The notes under the pieces: model-generated
What the model was told of the DNA's origin: nothing
The model's input: only the letters and a program-made list of their open reading frames with translations
Database searches by the model: none
In this document: one piece after another, positions 19,661 through 32,100 of the stretch
How the letters are laid out: each line of letters starts with the position of its first letter
Numbering within the stretch: position 1 is the first letter of the stretch
Assembly: GCF_964355755.1 (NCBI RefSeq)
Contig: NC_092671.1
Location: 15,562,001 to 15,626,000, forward strand
Direction of reading: 5' to 3'
Source of the DNA: Antedon mediterranea
Lineage: Eukaryota; Animalia; Echinodermata
DNA length: 64,000 nt
Made by a program: the position numbers and the translations under genes

Positions 19661-20770
19661 GTACGCAGCAATTGAAGTAACTGCCCCGGATGTATAACAA
19701 TAGACAAATTATGCAGTAAATTTATAAAAACAAATTCCCTTTGTTACTTTTCTTTCCTTTAGAAATTATTGTAGGCCTAATAATAGGACGGAAATCTGCA
19801 TTGATAATACTACGTGCTCAATTCATATAAAACACATTAATGGTTTTATGATAATGCTTATTTTATAAAGTATCGTCATAGTTTATTTGTTTTATCTCAT
19901 TTAAAATACCTACGATTATCATGCAAAACACAGCAACTTATGTAAAACGTGTACACGAGAAGTTACTATTGATTCTCTTTCAAAAATGTTTCTTAACATC
20001 TGGAATGCAAATAACATAAACATACTAGAATAGTACAATGTTTTAGGCCTACTACATTTATTACGTGACAGACTTAATATTGAAAACTTTTGGGCAGATG
20101 CATTATATTTTGTACAACAAATACCATTCATTTTTGTTCCCCATGAAACTTTTTTAAAGATGATCAATCACTGTGATCTCTAACTGTTTAAATAATGTTT
20201 TATAGTAGAATAATATGGTGTGCTTCGCAAGTGGCCTCGGACATCATTGTGGCCAGGATGGTTCGTTTGTTTCCTTTTGAGGTACGTCCCGGAACATCCG
20301 ATCATGTCCACCATTACTGCTACACAAGCGAAGAGTAAACATAGCTGTAAGCATATCACAACCACCAGGTATTTAAAACCATTATGGTGATTGTCTCGCA
20401 AAATAAATTTGCCTCTTCTATGACGAATTTTCCAAAAATTGCATATTATTTTAGGAAAAAATGTTCTGTAAAATTAATTCCTAAAATTCTAATACTGTAT
20501 TTCATAATAAATAACATACATTTAGGCTCGACGGTAAATGTATCATTCAATCATAATTTTAGGTGATGTTGTATTCGGGTCCTTGCATAAGTAAACAATT
20601 TCGCGTTTAGGTTACGCAATGCGCAATTCATTTAGGCCTATTTATAAAAACCCGGAAACAACTGAAAATACATCACTTTCGTGCCTATGAATAACTAGAA
20701 ATAGAAACCCATTTCAATAATTAAATCAACATTTTAAAAACTAGGACAACACAATCCAAACTCATCCTCC

Positions 20771-21963
20771 TTAAGTGTTCTGATAGCTTAGGTTTTTGCC
20801 GTATGGATCAGAGCGCACCCAAACGTAATCGTAACGTTTACGTTGTTCATAAAAATAGCAACCAGCCATACAACAGCAACATACAACGCCCACGAACGTA
20901 ACGAAACTGACAATGCTAACAGCTACCACAACTATTAACCATACTCTGAAAATGAAAGTATATTCACATTATTATTATTATTATTATTTCATTTTATGTG
21001 TTTAAAAATTATAATATATTATTTATTAAATGATGCGTTTCTTTCGTTTCCACATTAATCAACACACATCTTCTTTCTTGGATGAGGACATGGCAAAATC
21101 AGCATGTCATGTTACAAGAGTAGTCAAAACAATAGGCCTATAGATTATCTAATAAAAATCCTAGAAAGTAGGAAACATTTTGCCATTTTGTTCCCTGACT
21201 GACTACTCTTTAGAATTTTAGAGGCCAATTAGGCTTAAAAATATTGTCTCCCACCCCTGACAAAAAATGTTGTTTGTTGAATATGCCATTTTCTAATGTC
21301 ATTATTAACTTGAACCAATTGGATGGTAAAAATAATTTTTTAAATTGACAGTGCCGTCCAATGGAGGTTTTTGCTTGATAATTATTTTGTCTTTTCATAT
21401 AGTGGTATAAGTAGTAGTATTAGGTCTTTTTATGATACCAACATTTTTAATTTTAATATTAAATAACGAATTATTGTTCATGTTTTTGGACCATCATCTT
21501 TGATATTACACTTAGGCCTATGGTTATGGTCATTTTTATTTGTTCGCCGCTCTGTCTATGTCTTATCTGTCGTTCGTTGTCGATCGTTTCTTTAATAAAA
21601 AAGAACATTTTTTTAAATTGAACTTACTCGTATGATTCTACACAACATGAATCATGGTTATTGATTTTACAGCACTTTGTTTCTGACGGTGAATCATCTG
21701 GTCGTGGACAAATAGGAACGGTAAAACCGTTCGGACATTGGTCAGACAGAGTATCTATACAAAAAAAAATGCATTTGGAAGCAGATATAAATGTAGCGAA
21801 AAAGTCATTAACCTTTTCATATTGTACGACGAAACTAGATCTGTTCCGATAATGTACTAGGCTAATATATACTGTACTATAATTATTAATAAACTGGTGC
21901 CTTAATATAGAAGTTACCTGTAATCAAAATGAATATCACGATGCATATTGGAACGAATTTCAT
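20771..21963 (-). CDS. Small Shisa-like (six-cysteine, single-pass) membrane protein, 115 aa
   Basis: Exons (-): 21918-21963 (signal peptide MKFVPICIVIFILIT, donor GTAACT), 21628-21754 (DTLSDQCPNGFTVPICPRPDDSPSETKCCKINNHDSCCVESY, acceptor polyT-GTATAG, donor GTAAGT), 20771-20945 (EVWLIVVVAVSIVSFVTFVGVVCCCCMAGCYFYEQRKRYDYVWVRSDPYGKNLSYQNT-stop, acceptor TTTCATTTTCAG). Intron phases 1 and 2 match and the total is 348 nt. Confidence 0.85.
21236..21502. mobile_element. Degenerate copy of the TTAA-flanked (Kolobok-like) MITE, in intron 2 of the Shisa-like gene
   Basis: TTAAAAATATTGTC...TTGTTGAATATGCCATTTT(C)TAATGT matches the left end of 26954-28300; the right end is decayed. Confidence 0.5.
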
Positions 21964-23182
21964 CTTTCTTTGTTGTATTTAAAGTTAACAAATATATACG
22001 ACGTTTTTAAACAAGAGAGTGTTCTAACAAGGAAGTAAAACAGAAAATATAAGTTTACTGTACTCACATCTTCCTGTTATTCGAGAGTACGCTTCACTGC
22101 ACCACCGAGTTCGAAATACAGTAAGTAAGTAAGTAGAAGGACGCCACCTTTTTATCGTCGGCTTGTAATTAGATCATTATTATCATTTTACAACAATATT
22201 TTGTAAGTTTATTTATATTTTTTAATAAGAAATAAATATTTAAAAATAAAAGCAACCTTTTTTATTATATTATCTATTATTTCAGTGAATATTTGATATG
22301 ATTATCTTATTATAAAAAAAAAAAAAAAAAACAATGTTGAAAAGACAAACCGGTCACTTTTAAATTTTGTAAAAACGTCATTGAGTTGTTCGTCGTCGAT
22401 GGTGTTGGTGCGGTGGATCGTCAGATAGATAGGCCTAGGACATATAGGCCTAGGTGAGTTACTAAATTGCGTATAATATGAACTTTTTCTTAATTTTACA
22501 ATAAGCGTACATGATGGGAGAAAAGTTTAGGTTTGAATTATGGTAACCATAGGCCTAGCTAAGCCCTAATTAGTAATAATAATTATAAATCTATCGATTG
22601 GTTGGTCTTTTTTAAAAATCTTTATGCCTAGGGCCTAGGCCTAGCAGTAGCTAGCTGCCCTAGGGCTATGGCTAGGGCGGCCTAATACTAATTATAGCTA
22701 GGCCCTGGCTGGCTGTGATGGCCTATCTATTTAATTATAATATCACCTAGGCTAGACCTGAGCTTATTAGGCCTGAGTAGGGCGCTACTGCAGTTTCGCA
22801 CCACACCGTGGTATCTTCGATTTCTCACCTAAACTTTCGTTTTTTACACTCACAACATAATATTATGTAACATGTTTATACGATTCGACCACTTACGAAG
22901 TAATTTTTTTAAAATAACAATACTTTTCAAAACATTTTAAACAATACTGAACTCGCTGTCAACACACTGCGAAATGTTCGCCATCTTATATTTATCACTT
23001 AATTGCCAGAATTTATGCTTCATTTTACCCCAAAAATTGTAGAAACTATAGAGGGCAGTGTTATAAACGCTTACACATATAGGCCTACCCTATTTAGTTT
23101 TGAAAAGCAAGAAATGTTTTCAGCTGGCGAAATAAAGGTTAAATTAATATTTAATTGTTAGTATTACTATTAATATTTATAT

Positions 23183-25393
23183 CGCCGTGCTGGGGTAGCA
23201 CTAACATTTCATTTTGTTTAGCCATTTGGCGAAAGTCAAAATATTTTTTTTAGTCAAATCAGTTTATCTATAGTCAAACTGGCTAAAGTCAAATTTTTTT
23301 ATTTAGCCAAATGAATCGGTTTATAGCCAAAATTTAAAATTTTTGAAATATAGTGGTAAAAACATTTTAGTCAATTTATCTATGTCAACAGGTCTATACA
23401 CTGTTCCCTGAAGATTTTTGTAAGGCATTGAGATAAAGAACCATGCCTAAATCACTGTATGATTAAAAAAAATATTTTTTTTGTATTTTTTTTACATGAT
23501 CAAAACAATTGTTCAAATTGTTTTTTAATCATACAGCATTCATACAGTTATCAATTTAATAAGAAACATTTTACAGTTTTCTGAAATCCCCTGAACGCTA
23601 TGTTACTTTTGTTTTTTACGCTTGGCTGGTCATGTTTGCGTGTGACGGCTTCCATGGCGTACCAGGCGAAAATCGTGTCCTAGAATCACTCAGAATCACC
23701 GCCGCGCAGCCGGTTAATGTTTTTAAATTGGGTATGCTCAAGAGGTGCGAAAGTGCAGAACCACCGGCCTAGGCCTACATAATTATGTACAACAACGCAA
23801 CGGTCTATCGTATGCTAAAAATATTGAGGAAAATTCCTAGCAAACGAACACTTGTATCGTTGTTAAACGTAAGATAATATAGGCCAAAGCACAGAGTACA
23901 CGTACGTCAAGGCTGCGCCGAAGCGTTTCTGTCAGGGCGAGAAATTTATCCCAATTATTATTTATTTACACAACACAGAAGCCGGCGGCCGGCCCCGCTC
24001 AGATGCACGTGTGTGTTTAGCTAAATCCCCGTTAGACTCTACCATTTCCCGCATGTTGTTTTGTTTACACTGACGCACGAGCGAAGTTTATTAAGGGTAA
24101 AATATGAAACTACATTAAATTGGAAGACTCTAAAATGCATAACGCATACATTTTTCATTTCGATAAGATTAAGACGTCATTCATCGAAGATACTATACAG
24201 TAATGTTTCTTTTTAATCTGAAAAGTACACCCCTATCGAAATATAGACAATCCCGGTAATTAGCCGACCGTCGGCTACGTAGTCGATCGTTTGTGCAGCG
24301 CACAACACGTGATAGTTTGGGTAGACTTCATCATCCATGTGTCGTGTAAAGTCTGTCTCTCTGTGCAGTCTACCTCTGCTATCTCCATCTTCGAAATAAC
24401 AAAGAGACGCCTGGTACACCGAAACAAGTTGACGAAAAATGGAGCTTGAAGTAAACAACGTGATAACGAACAAAATAAATGCTTGGAGATCGACAAATGG
24501 ACCTTTTAGTTGGACTTTATGCTTTCGCCAAAATGATTATTGAATTATCTATTTTATCATATGTCATCGCCAAAATGGCTAAAGTAGCCGTTTTATTTTT
24601 CGCCAATCTAGAAACGTTTTCGCCCATGGCGACTTGGCGATCGGCCAGTGCGAGCATAGCCGTGGTTAGGATTCCGGCACCGGAACTCAACTGCCCACCA
24701 TTAGGGAATCCGACACGCTATTGTGCATGCCCAGAGCTCTCGGAAGTGAATTATAGCTTGTGCCACACACCACACTAGTACCTGAGAGGATTTACTGTAG
24801 CCTATTTAGTCGTTGCGCGAGCAAGAGAGCGATGGATAAAACTTGGCCTAGGCCATACATGAATTAATAATTAAAATACGACTACTTCACGCATTAAAAT
24901 AATTATTATGATATTAATAAGAATCAGTATCTATCTACCGTAAGAATCGTAATGCTGTAGTAGCATTGCGACCCCCAGTTTTTTAAACATCCACGCGGTG
25001 GCTGCCGTCAACAAATTAACTTGTGATTGCATGTTATGTACAGTTATAATGCGTTATATGAAAAATCATAAATCTAGTCAACTCATGTAATTATATAATT
25101 CATAATTATATGAAGTTTATATATGAATGAAGCAACCACTTTTTAATTACAAAATAAATAGGCCCACTGGTCACGTCTAGCTGGTAGGCCTAGCCTATAG
25201 TATTTACTATTAGTGGATCCCGTATTAGTTGGCATCTACGCTAGTTCGCCCCGTGGCGGAGCTATGAAATGATCCATCGCTGTTGATAAAGTATAGAGTC
25301 GCCGATTACCGGCTCTCTGGGCATGCGCAACAGCGTTTCGGATTCCCTAACGGTGGGCAGTTGAGTTCCGGTGCCGGAATCCTAACCACGGCG
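23183..25393. mobile_element. Mutator/MULE-like non-autonomous element nested in the Merlin-like MITE
   Basis: TIR of about 80 bp (CGCCGTGGTTAGGATTCCGGCACCGGAACTCAACTGCCCACC...; left TIR split by a further insertion); 9-bp TSD TATTTATAT (23174-23182, 25394-25402). Confidence 0.8.
23190..24659. mobile_element. hAT-like element inserted into the left TIR of the MULE-like element
   Basis: Imperfect ends CTGGGGTAGCACT...AGTGCGAGCATAG; subterminal TGGCGA/TCGCCA/TAGCCA repeats; CCGTG duplicated on both sides. Confidence 0.65.
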
Positions 25394-26131
25394 TATTTAT
25401 ATTAATGGTTCCTATCAATGTTTTATGTACGGACTCATATCGTCGCCGTTTTGATATGTACAGCTGGTTCTTTATAAAACCACTCTAATTTGCAGTTTAA
25501 AAATAAAAACAGAAAATAAAACATACATTGATTTCTGGCAATTTTCTGAATCTAAAATGGCCACAGTTCAATCGAAGTTTTCGCGAAAAAAGGAGTTGTT
25601 TTGAAAGGCATTTTTATTGTGATAAAGGTAATATAACGGTGGCTAAATCATGGGAACATGTTACATAATGGCCCAAAATTGTATGATGTGAGTGCGAGAA
25701 AAAAATGAAGCAAGAAATCGAAGATATAACAGTGTGGTGCGAAACTGCAGTAGCGCCCTGAGTAGGCCTAGACTAGCCTACCTAGCTTCTTAATCTTACT
25801 AATTAATAGCATGGTGGTCTGGCTATAATTTGTGTATGATTTGACAAATCATTGATTTGAAACATTTTTTTTCAACTTAAATTTAAAATTTGAATCAGGC
25901 CCATGGCCATGGGCCATACATAGCCTAGGCCCTAGATAGGCTAGTATGCAACAAAATATCTTATGCAGTATTACTATTATAGGCTATTTATTTTGATGAG
26001 AAAAATCAAATGGCAAATGCCTATTCTATAACATTCAGATAATTTACTTTCTTCTTTATTATCATAGATAGGGTAGCCTAGTAGGTTTCAGTTTTGGATT
26101 ATTTTTTTCCAGGAAGAAAATTGTTTAAATA

Positions 26132-29100
26132 ATGGATAACGTTCACGTTGCTATACGTGTTCGTCCTCTAATAACAAGGTCAGTGAATTTTCATAATTTG
26201 TCTATTTTATATATATTGTGTATATTTATACTCTGAGATTTACTTCATACAGTATGTGAATATTTATCAAAACCTTTAAGAAATGGAAAGTCTAACGATT
26301 ATTTGATAATTGTTTTATTTGAATTTAATGTTATAGGGAATCCAGTCATGATACAAACTTACATTGGAAGGTGGAAAATAGTACGATATATCAAGTAGAT
26401 TCAAAGAATAAAAATGTTGGAAAACCCTATACTTTTGGTAGGTCTTCTGTTCGAAACAGCAAATATGTATGTTGTTTGTTCATTTAAACTAAAAGAAGAG
26501 TGTCAATTTATTTTTATATTATCTGATTTTGTTTAGATCTCACAAATTGAATTCTGTTCATTTTGTTTCAGATTATGTTTTTCATATGGGACAATCAACA
26601 AATGATGTATATTCACAAGTTGCAGAGCCTATTATAGAATCAGCTATGGATGGATATGATGGTACTATAATAATATATTATATAACACCCAAATAAATTC
26701 CTTCCTGGCGTGCAATAGTACGCACTATTGAATTGTTATTCAATAGTACCTTTTTTCTCTATTTTTCATGTACATAAAACCTTTTTTAAATATAACATTT
26801 ACTATATTATAAAAAACCTAATATATATATATAATTGTTTTGCAATCACCTAATTGAAATATAACCTTTCATCATTCACCTCATGTCATTATTTGTACCA
26901 TTACACTCATAAACATTCATTATTTGTATAATATGATGAAAATGAGTAATTAAAGATGTATTGTCCCCCTGAAAAAATAATTTTTGTTGAATATGCCATT
27001 TTAATGTAACATAATAGTTATCAACTTTGACCAAAAATTGGATCGGAAAAAAAATGTATGTACCTAAAAAAATGTCAAATTGGCTGCCAGCCCAGGGCCG
27101 TAGCCAGGATCTGTCAAGGGGGGGTTCGGACACTAAATATTTAGTGCATCAGGCCCCACCCCCAGATGCGAAGCGAATTTTGTTAAATGACACCCCTAGA
27201 TGGCCGGAAAAGACACTCTCATGCAGCATTCTACCAATGAGCAAAAAGATTGTACTTTTTTCCTCCTTCTCAAACACGTCGATAATTTAAAGGACGATAA
27301 CTATTTGTTGCCGTATGTTAGATGCGCGTGCTCTGTGCGGAACCGCCGCTTGTTTGATCATTTACTCCGTATTTTGTTTTGCGTTCAAGTTCAATGCGAA
27401 CGTACATCTAGGAGCAGCCCCGAAAAAAGCACACTGGTTGAAGGTAAATGCTATTTGCTAGCTCTATCTATAATATTTATTTACAGCAATTTGTTGAGGA
27501 ATACAAATATGTAAATAGGTGATATTGATACATTTTAGTACGCATCGGCTGGTGGTCTAGAAAAAAATAATCGGATGCCATAATGTGAACTACAGTACTT
27601 GATACCATAGATATTATAGTGTAAAATATTAATATTCACTATAATCCTCTATGATACATAGTCACACATAAATACTGATGTACGTCGGAAGGCTATATAC
27701 TTTATGCATGCTGCCTGACTGCCAGTGATCTAAACAATTATAGGTACGCAGTTGTCTGGCGGTGTCCTTTGTACGAATCGTTCGTGCCCCAGTTCGCTAT
27801 GAAACGTGTCAATATCATGTTACATGCAGGGACCAAACATTTATTTTTCAGGTTAAAATCGGCAATTCATTTGCAGCTTTTAGAAATTTACAGACACGTA
27901 TCGCTAGTTGACGCTCATACAGAGAAGAAGGTTCACGAACAAGTTTACGAATTTTTCAATTTACAAACAACTTTTTGTACTGTGGGGCACGTATTTGGAG
28001 GATTTTTGGAGATGAGGGTGAGGTATTGGGCATGTCGGGGATGGGGGTTCGCAGTCGGTTAAGGGGGTTTCGCTGTAAAGGGGGAGGTTCGCCCGAACCA
28101 TAAAAACCCCCCCTGGCTACGGGCCTGCAGCCAGTGGGTTTTTGGTTGAATTTAGCCATTTATTTTATCGTTTTATAAGTGAAAGCATTTTTTTTTTGTT
28201 TTTTTTTTCTACAGAAGGGTTTAACTTTTTTAAAACTACAAAATAACATATTCAAAGTCTGATTTAATTAATCTTCATGTTTTTGGGGGACAATACATCT
28301 TTAATCTATTGCTTTTTTTTACTGTACACAATTCAGTCAAAATGCTGACATGACATACACAAAGATATACAGTAATGTCACTGTGTATCATAACCCTACC
28401 ACCACACATTAGAATCTTTGTCTGACTTTTACTATACAAACCTCTTGTTGCTAATACTATTGTTGTTTATTTGATGTTAAAGGTACTATTTTTGCCTATG
28501 GGCAAACATCCAGTGGCAAAACGTTCACAATGCAGGGTAATGCGAGTATACCTGGAATAATTCCAAAGGCAATTCAACAAATTTTTAATACCATTGACCA
28601 GGTAGGATGAACTTCAAATAAAAATAATTTAGACACTCTGATCTTTGATTAAATTATATTTGTTTTTACATTTCTTGTGTGTACTGTAATATAAAAATAT
28701 ATTTATTTTCAACCAATGGCACTTTTTGACAGCTCTTGGGTTGTATTTATTTATAATGATTTTTTTCTTTTTGAAATCTATAATTTTTATAATAAATTAA
28801 TTCAGAATTTTAGGATATCAGATACTGTATATACAAAAAACATGAATTCTTGGTTTTTTTAAGGCATTAACAAAGAATGTTTTTTATAGTCAACTGATAG
28901 AGAGTACCTATTGCGAGTTTGTTACATGGAGTTGTACAATGAAGTCATCACAGATCTTTTGTGTAAAGATGGAAAGGGGCTAAACATCAGAGAACAAGAG
29001 GTAAATGAAATAGTATGTGGTAGAAATACAAGCCATTAACAATATGTATATTTGCATTTATTCTATGTAAATGCTATGAAGAAATGCACTCATGCCTGAT

Positions 29101-32100
29101 GAATTATTCTTCTCCAATAAGATAACATCAAATTCAAATTATTTGCCCCATTTCACTCATAAACATTCAATAATTATAATGAAGGTTTATGAGTGCAATA
29201 GGGCAAATAATTTTATGAGGTGAAAAATGAAAGGTTACATTTTCACGAGGCGAATCTGAATGAAAATAGATCATTTCATCTTTCCCCGAATTAAATTACA
29301 ACATCGTCATGTGTTCTGGCTACTCACTGTGACCCACAATCGTCCAATCAAATGACAAAAATCGAATTAGGTGTGCTATAAAAAGATAACCAAAAGTACA
29401 TTTTTATTATAGACATAATTCACCTAAGTATAATGTATATCTTTTCTTGTAGAAACGTGTGTTTGTTAGTGGTTTGACTGAAGAAGTTGTTAATAATGCG
29501 GATAAGATAATTGACCTATTAAAGAAAGGGGACCGTAAGTTTACAGTAACCTCTTTTTTAACAGTTAAAAAATGTATCTAATCTGGTAGAAGATATGTCA
29601 ATACACACCTAGGTTAACTCTGTTTTATACACGTAAAGCTGATCATAATCATATACTAAGTTATAGTGTGATGTCCCCAAATATGGTAGTGATATGACTT
29701 TATCGTGTCTATATATAGGTACATCACATTTTTTTGTCACATAAAGTTTGATAGTGTTGACAGAGCTTTACATCCATTAACCACGATATAACTCTGATAG
29801 CTTTCAGATGTACTGTGCATCCAATGTAACTTTAAAATGATACATTAGTTAGTCAAACAATTCCCATTGGTGGTATCTCAGATGTTTAACCGGTATATGT
29901 TGCGCTAGAACAGAACTGCGAGGTAACTCTGATAGTGGAAAGAGTGTGAAACATAGCTTAATACCATATATCCTCTTGTATAATCCCACCCCCATTGAAC
30001 ACGAGATTGGGCACACTTTGGAGGGTGGGACTATACCTGGGGAAACCCTGGTTCAGGAAAAAGATGTAAAAAGAAAAGTATTTCTTGTAAAACCTCATCT
30101 AAACTGGCTAGAGAGCCTACATCCAGACGAAAAGTCAATACTGCAACTATACCTAGGGATGTGCCTTACAAAGAATAGGGGGTTAGACCAGAAGTGGGAT
30201 TAAACCAGAGGACATACGGTATAGAGTTCTGCGGTGTGACGTCACAACGATAGATGGCGCTGCGTGGTTGCAAGCCAACCAAAAAATGTGTTCAACACTA
30301 CTATACTATGTTGATAAACTATATACATCTGTATTTCTATAAAATTATGTATCTTAGCTTGATTTTTTTTTAACTTAAACTGTAGTTGAAGAATAAATAG
30401 ATTATTAAAAACAAATATTTAATGATCTTTTGAAATCTTAGTTTGTTTTTATTAATAATTATTAAGTTTTAAAATGACTAATCAATAAGCCTATTCCAAA
30501 CCATTGGAGTCACTCGGGCTGGTTGCATGCAGCACCACCTACCATCGTGACGTCAGCACAGCAGAACTCTATGTATCATTATCAACCTTTTTTTACAGAA
30601 CAACGACACGTCGGACGGACAAATATGAATGAACATAGTAGCAGATCACATACTATTTTCTGTATTGTAAGTCATTTATTTGATAAAAGTTATTTTTTAG
30701 ACATATAATTGTACAATAATTCATTGAATTCTGGCCTGTATTTATGATTTTAAGTGGCTCGTAATATTGAATATTCTATATTATATTTTCCCATTCTGGG
30801 TAACATTCATTGATAACAGAAAGAGAATTTGGTTGGAAGTTCATGATTCATCTATCTACTTGTAGATTTCAACCACATCCACTCCATTGCATCAATACTT
30901 TTTCCTATTGTACTATATGCCTACTGTATTTGCTAGATCTTAATATTTCATTCTAATTCATAGGTTATTGAATCACGTGAAAGAACCAATAATCGCCAGT
31001 CATATGATGGAGCTGTTAAAGTTTCTAGACTAGTAAGAATACAATAACTTTCTAAATTATTTTAACTAGAACAGAATGAAACAAAGTTTTAAAGTAGTTT
31101 ATGTCGGTTTTTGTTGGCTAAAATCTGTTTTGAATGAGTCTTAAATTTATCTAAAATGTTATTTTATGTTTGAAGAATCAAGGAACTTGCCAATGATTAT
31201 AAATCATTCTGATAATCATAATCATACAGATATATAAATAGTACTAACAAAAAGTTGTTTTTTTTTAGAACCTTGTTGATTTGGCTGGTTCTGAGCGAAT
31301 AAATGAAACAAAAGCAGAAGGTGTGCGTTTGAAAGAAGCATGTAACATCAACAAGAGTTTGTTTGTATTGGGACAAGTGATCAACAAGCTTAGCTCTGGA
31401 TCAGATTATATTCCCTTCAGGGACTCAAAGCTGACTCGAATCCTGCAACCATCACTTGGAGGCAATGCAAAGACTGCCATAATTTGTACTGTCACACCGG
31501 CAGCCATCGATCAGACGCATAACACGCTTCAGTTTGCCAGTCGGGCCAAGACCATCAAGAACAAACCAGAAATGCATGAAATCTTGTCTGATGAGGCGTT
31601 GCTAAGACGATACAAAAGTGAAATTGAAAACCTCAAAAAACAAATTGATCAGGTAATTCATTTTTTAAAAAAGATTATGGATTGATAAGTCCAATCTTAA
31701 CATAGGTTATTTGTCAGGTAATTCATTTAAAAAAGATTATACGGATCTAGTCCAATCTTAACATAGGTGTTTGTTGATTAGATTTTTACCGTTTATATAA
31801 TATTATTCTCAGTTTGATAAACAGGATAAACTAAAAGATGGTTGGCAATCTCTAGAGAATGAAAAGAGACAAATGGCAGAGGAAAATCAAAAACTGATTG
31901 AAGCTAGAAATCGTTTGGAAACAATGGTTATATCAGGCCAGGGTGAATCCATTCCGAAGAGCAAGAAAAGGGTAAGATTTAAAATAAACAATTGATACCA
32001 TACTGATGTTGATATAGAAGCCACCTCTGACACAAAATGATCAATTCCCAATACATTTTAGTTTCCATATAACCTCACTCCCTATTTACTTTACCAAATT

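Larger units (their letters stand above)
22781..25757. mobile_element. Merlin (IS1016)-like MITE, copy 1, expanded by nested insertions
   Basis: TIR GGCGCTACTGCAGTTTCGCACCACAC; perfect 8-bp TSD CTGAGTAG (22773-22780, 25758-25765); arms colinear with the uninterrupted copy at 35880-36639. Confidence 0.88.

Noticed and set aside
20788-20910. ACGTAA/CAAC-rich stretch first read as a MITE end
   Set aside because: No partner TIR; it is the antisense of the Val/Cys-rich TM exon of the Shisa-like gene.
24213-24778. ORFs inside the nested TE as transposase or captured gene
   Set aside because: No recognisable DDE, BED or dimerisation motif; short overlapping frames typical of GC-richer TE DNA.
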